Shown piece by piece: positions 39,201 to 48,154 of a stretch of 64,000 nucleotides of DNA (position 1 is the stretch's first letter; the number at the start of each line of letters is the position of its first letter). The notes below the pieces were generated by a model. The model made no database searches. It was not told where the DNA came from and saw nothing but the letters and a program-made list of their open reading frames with translations. A program made the position numbers and the translations under genes. This DNA is from an uncultured delta proteobacterium (lineage in GTDB: Bacteria > Desulfobacterota > Binatia > Binatales > Binataceae): assembly GCA_963717005.1 (NCBI GenBank), contig OY970324.1, positions 10,518 through 74,517 of the forward strand, in the 5' to 3' direction.

Positions 39201-40197
39201 CGACGACCGGCGCGTTCGCAGTGTCGCGCACATCGAGCTGATCGAGCGCCAGCGTTCCGTTCAGCCGAATCAGCGGCTGCGTCGGCGCCTGCACGAAATG
39301 CACGTACACATCCGCCGACAGCGCCCCGCTCGGAATCTCCACCGGCAGCTTCACCGGCACGTAGCTGAGGTAGCGCGGAAGATCGAGGCGATGCAGTCGG
39401 AGGTCAACCACCGAGTCGCGCGTCGCCTGGAACGGCTTGGCCACGCCCGCAATCCGGAGCGGACTGCCGTCGATCACCATTTGGACCAGCGGCTGCACGA
39501 ACACGTCCACGTCGGCGGGCAGGTTCGCGATGAACGGCACGTCGATCTGAATCTTCTCGATCTTGTGCCGCTTGCCGAGCACCTGATCGTCGATCGTCAC
39601 TTCGCCGTCGTTCAGTTGAATATTGGAAACCGCGAATTTCATCGGCGCGCTCGGCGCCGCCGGTTTCGGCTTCGCGGGCGCGGGCGCGCTCTCGAGCAAA
39701 TCGGAGAAATTAAATTTCTGCGCCGATTCCCTCACCACATGGATCCGCGGTTTCTCGATTACGACTTCGCCGACCACCGGCGCCAATCTGAACAGCGAGG
39801 TCCACGAAACCTTCACCGTCAGATGCCCGAGATCGACGAACGGCTTCTGCGGATCGTCGCGCTCGCCAACGTGCAGTTGGTCGAGATCGAGCTTCAGCCG
39901 GTAAAGATTGAAGCGAATTTTGCCGACGCTCACCTGGCGATGGATGCTGCCGGCGACCGGGCCGGTCAGCACGTGGCGCAATATGGGAGGAACCGCGATA
40001 TAGGTCGCGAGTCCGAGGAACAGCACGACCGTGAGCACGATCACACCGATTTTGCGCACGCGCCGCGAACGGCCGATCTCCTGCGCGCGCGCGACCCACG
40101 GCTTGCTCGGATGAAACGCGGCGCGCAAGTGTCCGATCGCGTTTTTTGTGGACTCTTTCGCTCTATTAAAAAAGCCCGCCATATCGCCCGCACTCAT
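36223..40197 (-). CDS. AsmA/DUF748-family giant envelope protein (TamB-like)
   Basis: An N-terminal TM anchor, a long beta-rich body with Ala/Pro linkers, and a C-terminal DUF748-like region (PQFSIGSVILGAFMNLIVKAATAPFSLLASAFG). Confidence 0.65.
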   Translation of the reverse strand: MSAGDMAGFFNRAKESTKNAIGHLRAAFHPSKPWVARAQEIGRSRRVRKIGVIVLTVVLFLGLATYIAVPPILRHVLTGPVAGSIHRQVSVGKIRFNLYRLKLDLDQLHVGERDDPQKPFVDLGHLTVKVSWTSLFRLAPVVGEVVIEKPRIHVVRESAQKFNFSDLLESAPAPAKPKPAAPSAPMKFAVSNIQLNDGEVTIDDQVLGKRHKIEKIQIDVPFIANLPADVDVFVQPLVQMVIDGSPLRIAGVAKPFQATRDSVVDLRLHRLDLPRYLSYVPVKLPVEIPSGALSADVYVHFVQAPTQPLIRLNGTLALDQLDVRDTANAPVVAIKHAEVKLTDVEPLNSVFHVRSIWVDGLLASMRLNADGTNNLSSLASGSPGPAANTPASAPAAASTAAAAPTPAGNVVQPAVPVAGPVTAKPPMDFRLDSFVLTKSGVSLQDNSGATPATDALDALEVGVKNLRTLGNSPATFYLTTNVHSGGALVVQGALDLAQSQVTTEVAVDEIDLPGLQPFAQKFLAATVASGKFSAKATVQTHFASDHFNVHAEPASVAIANFEVDAPHEKEKPVQWKNFSVAIGQFDLASRNATITEVKGDGMHLFVRRRRDGKLSLLSLMRGSEPPPRAERASARESRRRARERRRVERKPVKPAAPPAPASPSFQFQVASVSLDQTDATFVDETAPKPVTVAVAPLNLHLKDVTSDFAKPFGIDLDGTLNRRGTFKVTGSAAIAPLKADLRVATKRLDLTFADPYVSSRLNATITSANLTMDGAVGLAQERKDFVVSYKGDAALGSVRMLDKLTNDLFFKMAALNVNRIDFAIGKGPPKVHVGLIALNDFYSRIILNSNGKLNLKDITASPQEAPTSLTRATGEPGSKGAVPVAPSSTPTPASAPSVAAATAPGASPAAEASPAQPYQGQPINADVELSKITLKGGKVDYTDNFIKPNYTANMTDMEGSVGAFGTKSTTPAPVSLDGKINGSAPLNIDGSINPLAPTAFVDIKAKADGVELTGLSPYTTKYTGYPIVKGTLTVDVHYLLDTGKLTAENHIFIDQLTFGDHVDSPDATNLPIRLAVSLLKNSKGEIDVRIPISGSLSDPQFSIGSVILGAFMNLIVKAATAPFSLLASAFGSVTGSGAPQDLAYIEFAPGYSTLAPESQQKLDTVAKALAARPALKLNIEGRVDPKFDTAGYKEASLDHSIQVLRRRAEGDSAEAKAKSEPLSTADYNKYLAKVYSAGDFKKPRDAIGFAKTIPPDQMKKLILDNTPVSDQNLKNLADARANAVRAYLSSKQVDAARMFIIAPKLDASGIKDQGKTTRVDLSLE

Positions 40198-40332
40198 CGC
40201 CAACGCCCGCAATCAGGAAGGCGACATCGGAGCCGCTCTCGCCAGATACTGGGTCGAGGGGTCACCCCTCGCGACGCCAGCGTGAGCCGTCGCCAGCGAA
40301 TAGTCAATTGGTCGCGGATACTTTAGATGTAG

Positions 40333-40785
40333 CTATCGGTTGTGGATACCCAGCCAGCGCCGCCGATCCACGACCATCGGACGCCGGCGCTTGAGCAGCG
40401 CATACGCCTGGTCGAGCGTGTGACCGCGCTTGGTTTTCAGAAACCACGCGACCACCAGCGGCGCGCGCTCGCATCCTTCTTCGCAATGCACCAGCACGCT
40501 ATGCCCCAGCGCGAGCTCGTCGTCGATCAGCGCCGCCGTTTGGTCGAGCGTCAGCACGCCTTCCGCCAGGAACGGCATCTGAATGGCGTGCGGCGGTTCG
40601 CCCTCCGGCAGGTCGGGCAGCACGCTGATAATCGTGCCGTCGAACTTTTGCGCGTCCTGCAAATCGCCGACAAACAGCCCCGCAATTATTTCGCTCTCTT
40701 GCCAGCTCTCGGCCATTCGGTTCGCAGCTTGACGGGCGAACGGACATTGCGTCAACCTCGCGCCATGAATCTGCCACGACTGCAT
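40333..40785 (-). CDS. dual-specificity (Cys-based) protein phosphatase-like protein
   Basis: VLVHCEEGCERAPLVVAWFL, a CX5R P-loop. The start is ambiguous (ATG 40785 or 40716). Confidence 0.55.
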   Translation of the reverse strand: MQSWQIHGARLTQCPFARQAANRMAESWQESEIIAGLFVGDLQDAQKFDGTIISVLPDLPEGEPPHAIQMPFLAEGVLTLDQTAALIDDELALGHSVLVHCEEGCERAPLVVAWFLKTKRGHTLDQAYALLKRRRPMVVDRRRWLGIHNR

Positions 40786-42741
40786 ATCGAAGGGCGGTGG
40801 TTCGTTGACGAACACGGGCGCCGGGTTATTTTGCGCGGTGTCAACCTGGGCGGCGATTGCAAAGTTCCTTATCCCGACGGCGGCACCAATTTCCCCTCGG
40901 ACTTTTCCGACCATCGCGAGGTCTCCTTCATCGGCCGTCCGTTTCCGATGGCCGAGGCCGATGAGCACTTCTCGCGCCTGCGCGCGTGGGGCTTCAACTG
41001 CCTGCGGCTGCTAACCACCTGGGAGGCGGTCGAGCATCGCGGCCCGAATGACTATGACAGTGAGTACCTGGATTACTTCGCCGAGTTGTGCCGCCTCGCC
41101 GGTGACTATGGCTTCTATGTATTCGTGGATTTTCATCAGGACGTATGGAGTCGAATGTCCGGCGGCGACGGCGCGCCCGGCTGGCTATTCGAGAAAGTCG
41201 GAATTGACTATAGACGAATCGCCGAATCAGGCTCCGCCCATGTAATGCAAAATCTATATGACTATTCGCGCGGCGGCCGCCAGGAGGATCGCTACCCGAC
41301 GATGAGCTGGTCGGCGAACTCGCGCCGTCCCGTCAACGGCATCATGTGGACGCTGTTTTTCGCCGGCCGCGACTTCGCCCCGGCCCTGACGATCGAAGGC
41401 GAGAACGTTCAAGACTACCTGCTCGAGCATTACCTCGGAGCGATGCGCGAGATCGCGCGCCGGGTCCGCGACCTGCCCAACCTCATGGGCTTCGACTCGC
41501 TCAACGAACCCACTCCAGGATGGATCGGACAGTCGCTCAGCTATCGTCATCTCGGCCCGAGCGAGACCAATCCCAACCGCGCGATGCCAGGTCTCGCGTG
41601 GTCGCCGATCGACGGATTGCTGGTCTCGCACGGAGTCGCGCGCTCGATACCGGTGCTCGACTTCGATCCGGCGGCGAAGACGGTCGTGCACAATCGGGAT
41701 CGCACGATCAATCCCGGCCGCATCTCGATCTGGGCCGACAATCGGCCCGATCCGTTCGAGCAAGCGGGTGCGTGGAAACTCAATAACGACGGCACTTTTG
41801 ACGTTTTCCGCGATGACTTTTTCCAGCGCGTCGGCGACCGCAAGGTCAACTTCATCGAGGATTACATGGGACCATTTTTCGCGCGCGTCGGCGAGACGAT
41901 GCGCGAAATTAATCCCGACTGGATCCTGTTCGCCGAGCTCGATCCAATGTCGGGCTTCGTCGGACCCGGCTTTCCCGCCGACACGCCGCCCAACACCGTC
42001 AACGCCGGTCACTGGTACGACGTGCTGACGCTCGCCACCAAGACCTTCAATCCAAACTTCAGCCTCGGCGCGATGACCGGCGAAATCGCGGACGCCGCCG
42101 AGCAATTGCAGGCGCGTTACGAACGCCAGCTGGGCAAATTCGCGCGAATGTCAGAGACGGTGAACGGCGGCGCGCCTACTCTAATAGGCGAATGCGGAAT
42201 TCCGTTCGATTTGAACGGCGCCGACGCGTACCGGGCTTTTCGCGCCGGCGATCGCAGCGATGCGCCATGGACTCCTCACATCGTCGCGCTCGACCTGATG
42301 TATAATGCACTGGATACTCTGCTCATCAACAGTACGCAGTGGAACTATACTGCATCGAATAAGAACGATCTGGCTATTGGCGACGGCTGGAACCAGGAGG
42401 ATCTGAGTATCTTCTCCCGCGACCAACAGACTAATCCATCCGACATCAATAGCGGCGGCCGCGCCCTCGCCGGCTTCGTCAGACCGTACGCGATGGCGAC
42501 CCAGGGAACTCCGCGCAAGATGAAATTCGACCGAGTCACGGGATTGTTCGATTACACTTTCGAGGCCGTTCCAAGCGCGGATCGCGAAACCGAGATATTC
42601 GTTCCCCGTCTTCAGTATCCGCGCGGATGCGAGATCGAAGTGATCGGCGGCGTTGCCGAGCAGGATCCCGACCACCAGCGCGTCGTCATAAAGGCCGCGC
42701 AGGCCGGCGAAGTTCGCGTCGTCATTTGCCGCAAGCCGTGA
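40765..42741 (+). CDS. glycoside hydrolase family 5
   Basis: The start is at the internal MNLPRLHIEGRWFVDEHGRRVILRGVNLGG. GFNCLRLLTTWEAVEH, FVDFHQDVWS and FDSLNEPTPG (the NEP catalytic motif). Confidence 0.8.
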   Translation: MNLPRLHIEGRWFVDEHGRRVILRGVNLGGDCKVPYPDGGTNFPSDFSDHREVSFIGRPFPMAEADEHFSRLRAWGFNCLRLLTTWEAVEHRGPNDYDSEYLDYFAELCRLAGDYGFYVFVDFHQDVWSRMSGGDGAPGWLFEKVGIDYRRIAESGSAHVMQNLYDYSRGGRQEDRYPTMSWSANSRRPVNGIMWTLFFAGRDFAPALTIEGENVQDYLLEHYLGAMREIARRVRDLPNLMGFDSLNEPTPGWIGQSLSYRHLGPSETNPNRAMPGLAWSPIDGLLVSHGVARSIPVLDFDPAAKTVVHNRDRTINPGRISIWADNRPDPFEQAGAWKLNNDGTFDVFRDDFFQRVGDRKVNFIEDYMGPFFARVGETMREINPDWILFAELDPMSGFVGPGFPADTPPNTVNAGHWYDVLTLATKTFNPNFSLGAMTGEIADAAEQLQARYERQLGKFARMSETVNGGAPTLIGECGIPFDLNGADAYRAFRAGDRSDAPWTPHIVALDLMYNALDTLLINSTQWNYTASNKNDLAIGDGWNQEDLSIFSRDQQTNPSDINSGGRALAGFVRPYAMATQGTPRKMKFDRVTGLFDYTFEAVPSADRETEIFVPRLQYPRGCEIEVIGGVAEQDPDHQRVVIKAAQAGEVRVVICRKP

Positions 42742-42757
42742 AACGGAGGTGATCGCG

Positions 42758-43162
42758 ATGACCGGGGGAAGCTGTCTGTGCGGTGGCGTGGCGTTCGAGG
42801 CCGGCGATCAAATCGAGCTGCGCAACTGTCATTGCTCGCGCTGCCGCAAGGCGCGCGGCGCCGCCTTCGCCGCCAACCTGTTCGTGCCGGCTGCGGCATT
42901 CAGGTGGCTTCGTGGCGAAGATCTCGTGATCACTTACCGGCTGCCGAATGCGCAGAGATTTGGAAATTCGTTTTGCCGTGTCTGCGGAAGTCCGATGCCG
43001 CGCGCGGTTCCAGCTCGCAACGTCGTGCTGATTCCGGCGGGTGCGCTCGACGACGATCCGAAGATTCGCACCACCTCCCACATCTACGTCGGCTCGAAGG
43101 CGCCGTGGCACGAAATCACCGACACTCTGCCGCAATTTCCCGAAGGCCCTGCGCCGGCGTGA
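42758..43162 (+). CDS. GFA (glutathione-dependent formaldehyde-activating / CENP-V) family protein
   Basis: GSCLCGGVAFE...CHCSRCRKARGAAF...FCRVCGSP. GGAGGTGA RBS. Confidence 0.75.
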   Translation: MTGGSCLCGGVAFEAGDQIELRNCHCSRCRKARGAAFAANLFVPAAAFRWLRGEDLVITYRLPNAQRFGNSFCRVCGSPMPRAVPARNVVLIPAGALDDDPKIRTTSHIYVGSKAPWHEITDTLPQFPEGPAPA

Positions 43163-43168
43163 TTGGAC

Positions 43169-44071
43169 CTAGCTGTACTTTCGATCTTTCCACCACGGAA
43201 AATACGCGGGCAAGTCCTTCGAGACCTTGTCCGGAAATTTCGCCGGCCGCTTTTCCAAAAACGACGCTACGCCCTCCTTCACATCCGCCGACGAACCGCG
43301 CGCAAAGATTCCGCGGCTGTCGATCTTGTGCGCTTCCATCGGATGGTCCGCCCCCGCCATCTTCCACAGCATCTGGCGAATCAGCGCGACCGCCACTTGC
43401 GAAGTGTTGTCGGCAATCTCGCGCGCGAGTGCCCGCGCCGCCGGAATTAGTTGATCGGGTTGGTAGATCTTTTTGATCAGCCCGCCTTCGAGCGCTTCCT
43501 GAGCGGGGAAAACGCGCCCCGTGAACGTCCATTCCAGCGCCTGCGAGATGCCGACGATCTTCGGCAGGAACCAGCTCGAGCACGCCTCCGGCACGATTCC
43601 GCGACGCGCGAATACGAAACCGAAGCGCGCATTCTCCGACGCCAGCCGCACGTCCATCGCCAGTTGCATCGTCACGCCGACACCCACCGCCGGTCCGTTG
43701 ACCGCCGCGATCACCGGCTTCAGACATTCGAAAATGCGCAGCGTCAGCCGCCCGCCGCCGTCGCGAACTCCCTCGTTGCTCCAATCCACCGTGCCGTCGG
43801 CCTTGATCGCGGCCTTGCGGTCCGGACGATCCGCGCGCGTCGAGTCGAACGTCCGCGGACCCGCCGACAAGTCCGCCCCCGCGCAAAACGCGCGGCCCGC
43901 GCCGGTCACGATGATCGCGCGCACGTTGTCGTCCGCGTCCGCCTTGTCGAGCGCGTCGATCATCTCGTTCATCATGATGCCGGTGAAGGCGTTGAGCTTC
44001 TCCGGCCGGTTGAGCGTGATGGTCGCGATATTTTCCGAGACCTCGTAAATGATCTGTTCGTACCCCATCAA
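43169..44071 (-). CDS. enoyl-CoA hydratase/isomerase (crotonase) family
   Basis: ITLNRPEKLNAF...AIIVTGAGRAFCAGADL. Confidence 0.85.
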   Translation of the reverse strand: MMGYEQIIYEVSENIATITLNRPEKLNAFTGIMMNEMIDALDKADADDNVRAIIVTGAGRAFCAGADLSAGPRTFDSTRADRPDRKAAIKADGTVDWSNEGVRDGGGRLTLRIFECLKPVIAAVNGPAVGVGVTMQLAMDVRLASENARFGFVFARRGIVPEACSSWFLPKIVGISQALEWTFTGRVFPAQEALEGGLIKKIYQPDQLIPAARALAREIADNTSQVAVALIRQMLWKMAGADHPMEAHKIDSRGIFARGSSADVKEGVASFLEKRPAKFPDKVSKDLPAYFPWWKDRKYS

Positions 44072-44083
44072 CTGATCTCCCGG

Positions 44084-44551
44084 TTACTTCACGAACAGCA
44101 TCAGCGCTTCGTACACGACCGCCGGCTTTTGCGATCCCACGACCTGGATTTCCGTCTCGCGCGTGAGCATCGTGCCCATCGGACGCGGCTCGACCGCTAT
44201 CAGCCGCGAGCGCGCATGGACGCTGGCGCCGGCCGGCACCGGCGCGACGAAGCGCAACTTGTTGGCGCCGTAATTCACGACGTTGCGAAATCCCGTGATC
44301 GCGTACTCATCGGTATTCTTGAACGCCGGCAGCAGGCTCAGCGTCAGAAACCCGTGTGCGACCGGTCCGCCGAACGGACTTTCCTTCTTGCACCGCTCGA
44401 TATCGATATGAATCCACTGATGGTCGCCGGTCACGTCGGCGAACTGGTTGATTTTTTCCTGCGTCACGTGAATCGGCTCGCTCCACGGACCGAACTCCTT
44501 GCCGATCTTCGCGGTGAGCGCGGGTATATCGTCGAACTTGATCGTCTGCAT
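44084..44551 (-). CDS. MaoC-like (R-specific) dehydratase, hotdog fold
   Basis: FADVTGDHQWIHID...GGPVAHG. Confidence 0.8.
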   Translation of the reverse strand: MQTIKFDDIPALTAKIGKEFGPWSEPIHVTQEKINQFADVTGDHQWIHIDIERCKKESPFGGPVAHGFLTLSLLPAFKNTDEYAITGFRNVVNYGANKLRFVAPVPAGASVHARSRLIAVEPRPMGTMLTRETEIQVVGSQKPAVVYEALMLFVK

Positions 44552-44655
44552 CGTCGCCTCTCCTGTGTTTCGATTGTACGAAAACTTCTTCGGTTCTAGC
44601 CGAGTCGGGTTTCGTTATGCAACTGAAACCGGAAGAGTGCGCGGCCGACGATGTA

Positions 44656-45033
44656 TCAGTGACGCGGAATTTCGATTGGGCCCGGGCAGAGGCTCACTTC
44701 CGGCGGGCGACGCGAGATCGTCAACGACAGGCCCGGCGCGTAAATCGGAGCGCCGGCCTGCAAGTCTGCCATCTGCTGAAAGCGAGGGTCGGCGCCTTGC
44801 GCTATTGAGTTGGGCGCGCATTTGATGCCGCGGGCAACGTCGCGAGCACGCAAATCGTTTTCAAAACTTTTATTTTCGTCAGAAGCGCCAGCGGATGCGG
44901 ATGTCGCGCGCTGATACCCGCAATCCATCGAGCCGGAGCACCCTGAGCCCCATGCGCGGTCCAACGCCCAGCCAAGTGCGACGAAGAGCACGATGGTCAT
45001 CCAGAACCCGAGCGAAAAAATCATCTTGGCCAT
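44656..45033 (-). CDS. hypothetical membrane-anchored/exported small protein
   Basis: An N-terminal hydrophobic helix. AGAGGAAG RBS before the ATG at 45033. Confidence 0.45.
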   Translation of the reverse strand: MAKMIFSLGFWMTIVLFVALGWALDRAWGSGCSGSMDCGYQRATSASAGASDENKSFENDLRARDVARGIKCAPNSIAQGADPRFQQMADLQAGAPIYAPGLSLTISRRPPEVSLCPGPIEIPRH

Positions 45034-45189
45034 GGTCGTCTTCCTCTTGCGATCGAGGGAGCATTTTCTGTGCCCGTACGAACCGCCAAGAGAATTTCGA
45101 TCCGGCCTGCGCCGCGAGTCCTGTAGATTTTACCGCGCGCCGAAATATCGCGAACTTTTCGCGCTCACCGATCTGTAACTCTGACCCGC

Positions 45190-46488
45190 TTAATGATTCG
45201 CCACCTCGAGCTCGATCCTGTCCGCATACTTCTTGATCGCCGCCTCGCGCAGCCGCGGTATGTGCTGCGTCGGGAACAGACCGTCGGTCGCCTTATAGTC
45301 GCGCAACACCTGGCGCGCGAGCGTAATCTTGTGGACCTCGGTCGGCCCGTCGGCCAGTCCCATGTGGAAGCTCTGGATCACCTGCTCGACGAACGGCATC
45401 TCGCCGGTGGCGCCAAGCGATCCGTGCAGATGCAGCGCGCGCGCCGCCACGTCATGGAAGACCTTGGGCATCAGCGCCTTCACCGCCGCGATATCCTTGC
45501 GCACTTTCAGATAGTCCTTGTACCGATCGATCTTCCACGCCGTGCGCAGCACCAGCAGCCTGAATTGTTCGATCTCCATCCACGAGTCCGCAATCTTTTC
45601 CTGCACCATCTGCTTGTCCGCCAGGCGCGATCCCTGCGTCGTGCGCGACAGCACCCGCTCGCACATCATGTCGAACGCCTTGCGCACCTGGCCGATCGTG
45701 CGCATCGCATGATGAATCCGGCCGCCGCCGAGGCGCGTCTGCGCGACCACGAACGCGCCGCCGCGCGGTCCCAGCATGTGGTCCTTCGGCACCTGAACGT
45801 CTTCGTAGCGGATGTACGCGTGACTGCCGCCGCGCTCGTGCGTGCCGACGCCAAGGTTCTTCAAAATGTTCACGCCCGGAGTGTCCTTCGGCACGATAAA
45901 CATCGACATGCGGTTGTATTCCTTGGCCTCGGGGTCCGTCACCACCATCACGATGAGGAACGACGCGAGATGCGCATTCGACGAGAACCACTTCTCGCCG
46001 TTGATCACCCAGCTATCGCCCTTCAGCTCCGCATGCGTCTTGAACACTTTCGGATCGGCGCCGCCCTGCGGCTCGGTCATCGAGAAGGCCGACACGATTT
46101 CGTTGTCGAGCAGCGGCTGCAGATATTTTTTCTTCTGCTCGGGCGTCCCGTAATGCGCGAGGATCTCGGCGTTGCCCGAGTCGGGCGCCTGGCATCCGAA
46201 CACGATCGGCGCGTAGGTCGCGCGCCCCAGAATTTCGTTGATTAGTCCGAGCTTGACCTGCCCATAGCCCTGACCGCCGAGCTCCGGCCCGAGATGGCAC
46301 GCCCACAGCTTGCGCTTTTTCACCTCGGCCTGAAGCGGCCGCACCAGTGCGTTGCGTTTCGGATCACGCACGTCGTAAGGATGGCAATCGAGCACGAATT
46401 CGAGCGGCTCGACCTCCTCGCGCACGAATTTTTCGATCCAGTCGAGCTCCTTCTGGAACTCCGGCTCAGTTTCAAAATCCCAACTCAT
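45190..46488 (-). CDS. acyl-CoA dehydrogenase
   Basis: The start is at the internal MSWDFETEPEF with a GGAGG RBS. MTEPQGGADP is the ACAD signature. Confidence 0.85.
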   Translation of the reverse strand: MSWDFETEPEFQKELDWIEKFVREEVEPLEFVLDCHPYDVRDPKRNALVRPLQAEVKKRKLWACHLGPELGGQGYGQVKLGLINEILGRATYAPIVFGCQAPDSGNAEILAHYGTPEQKKKYLQPLLDNEIVSAFSMTEPQGGADPKVFKTHAELKGDSWVINGEKWFSSNAHLASFLIVMVVTDPEAKEYNRMSMFIVPKDTPGVNILKNLGVGTHERGGSHAYIRYEDVQVPKDHMLGPRGGAFVVAQTRLGGGRIHHAMRTIGQVRKAFDMMCERVLSRTTQGSRLADKQMVQEKIADSWMEIEQFRLLVLRTAWKIDRYKDYLKVRKDIAAVKALMPKVFHDVAARALHLHGSLGATGEMPFVEQVIQSFHMGLADGPTEVHKITLARQVLRDYKATDGLFPTQHIPRLREAAIKKYADRIELEVANH

Positions 46489-46615
46489 GATTGATTCGTC
46501 CTCCGTGTAGGGTGTTGTCCCGCCGGACGCCCGGCTCGGACTCACGAGCGGATTCTCGCCAATGCCGGACGCTTTTACCAGAGCGTCAACAGTGTGGCGT
46601 CAGCTTCTCCATCCT

Positions 46616-46875
46616 AACCTCTCCTTGTCCGAGGAGAGGTCGGCATAAGCCGCGTGAAACGCGGTGTCGCCGGGAGAGGTGCCGCGCCAGACAGCGCAGC
46701 AACGCCTACTCGTCTAATCGCAATTCATAGACACCCGTCCGCCGCCGGACGGCAGCACCACTTCCGTGCAATGGCGCAAAGAAAAACTGTCGTGGTCGCG
46801 ACGGCCGGCTTTGCACCTCTCCCGCCGCGCTCCTTCGGCGCGCGCCGACCTCTCCTCGGACAAGAAGAGGTCAGG
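46616..46875. repeat. about 260-bp intergenic element bounded by nested inverted repeats (outer 25-bp hairpin-forming IR, inner 15-bp IR); MITE-like, or a structured RNA
   Basis: acctctccttgtccgaggagaggtc at 46617-46641 is the near reverse complement of acctctcctcggacaagaagaggtc at 46848-46872. The inner pair is cgccgggagaggtgc and gcacctctcccgccg. Additional small hairpins lie inside. Confidence 0.4.
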
Positions 46876-46951
46876 ATCTGCCTGCGTGCATTCCGATCCG
46901 CCTCTGGAATCGTCTCCCGTACCAAAGCAAGATGACGCTGTAACCATCTCC

Positions 46952-47974
46952 ATGAAACTCTCGATCATCGACCAGTGTCCCGTGCCCGCCGGCTTCACCA
47001 CTGCCGACGCGTTCCGCAACACCATCGAGCTTGCGCGGCTTGCCGATAGCCTCGGCTATGAGCGCTACTGGATCGCCGAGCATCATGCGACCGGCGCGTT
47101 CGCCAGCCCCGCGCCCGAAGTCCTGCTTGCGCGCCTCGGCGCCGAGACTTCGCATATCCGCATCGGCTCGGGCGGCGTGATGCTGCCGCATTACAGCCCG
47201 ATGAAAGTCGCCGAGTGTTTCCGCGTGCTGCATGCGCTCTATCCCGGCCGCATCGATCTCGGCATCGGCCGCGCGCCGGGCGGCAGCCCGCTCGATTCAT
47301 TCGCGCTGCGGCGCGATCGCAGCGCGCAGCAAACCGAAGACGACTTCCCCAAACAACTGCTCGAGCTGATCGCGTTCCTGCACGGCAGCTTCCGTCCCGA
47401 TCACGCTTTCAGCCGCATCGAACTCTCGCCCGCGATGCCCGGTGCGCCCGACGTGTGGCTGCTCGGATCGAGCATGTGGAGCGCGGCCGCCGCGGCGCAG
47501 CTCGGCTTGCCCTACGCCTTCGCGCACTTCATCGATCCCACGCACACGCGCGCCGCCTTCGAGTACTACCGCGCGCACTTCAAGTCCTCGAGCGAGCTGT
47601 CCGCACCCACCGCAATTTTGGGAATCAGCGCTATCTGCGCACCGACTGACGCCGAAGCCCAACGCATGGCGTCGAGCGTGCGGCTCTTCGTGCGTCACGC
47701 GCGCAATGGAATGCGTGGCCCGATTCCCACACCTGAGGATGCGCTCGCCGAGTTGGGACCCGGCCCGCTACCGGCCGACGTGATGATGCGCGAGACGGGC
47801 GAATGGCCGCGCGCGATCATCGGCACGCCCGACCACGTCCGCGATACGCTGGTGGATATCGCAAGCGTCCTGCATCTCGACGAGGTGATGCTGGTGACGG
47901 TCGTTCACGACCATCAGGCGCGGATGCGCTCGCACGAGCTGCTCGCCAAGGCTTTCAACCTCACGCCGCGCTGA
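46952..47974 (+). CDS. LLM-class (luciferase-like) flavin-dependent oxidoreductase
   Basis: MKLSIIDQCPV...YERYWIAEHH...GVMLPHYSPMKVAE. Confidence 0.8.
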   Translation: MKLSIIDQCPVPAGFTTADAFRNTIELARLADSLGYERYWIAEHHATGAFASPAPEVLLARLGAETSHIRIGSGGVMLPHYSPMKVAECFRVLHALYPGRIDLGIGRAPGGSPLDSFALRRDRSAQQTEDDFPKQLLELIAFLHGSFRPDHAFSRIELSPAMPGAPDVWLLGSSMWSAAAAAQLGLPYAFAHFIDPTHTRAAFEYYRAHFKSSSELSAPTAILGISAICAPTDAEAQRMASSVRLFVRHARNGMRGPIPTPEDALAELGPGPLPADVMMRETGEWPRAIIGTPDHVRDTLVDIASVLHLDEVMLVTVVHDHQARMRSHELLAKAFNLTPR

Positions 47975-48046
47975 AAATCGGCAGTCGCCGGCGCTCAAAG
48001 GCGGCGGCCCTCGCCGGTTTAGCGCCCGATCGCCATTCCGCGAGAC

Positions 48047-48078
48047 TTGACCTTGTACCTTGGTACCAGGTGTAGACT
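48047..48078 (+). promoter_or_regulatory. MerR-type promoter: -35 TTGACC, 20-bp spacer containing a near-perfect dyad (cttggtaccagg), then -10 TAGACT
   Basis: Read directly from the sequence. The over-long spacer with a central palindrome is the architecture of MerR-family-regulated promoters. It lies about 75 bp upstream of the merR-like gene. Confidence 0.45.
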
Positions 48079-48154
48079 CGCTGCACAGGTGGTGAGGCCG
48101 ATGAAGCCCGTCTGAGAGTGGCCAGTATCGGCACCCCTCCCCGAGGTTGTCCTG

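Noticed and set aside
37015-40326. Several long plus-strand ORFs (360, 308 and 394 aa) opposite the asmA-like gene
   Set aside because: All are Arg/His-rich shadows of the 1329-aa minus-strand gene.
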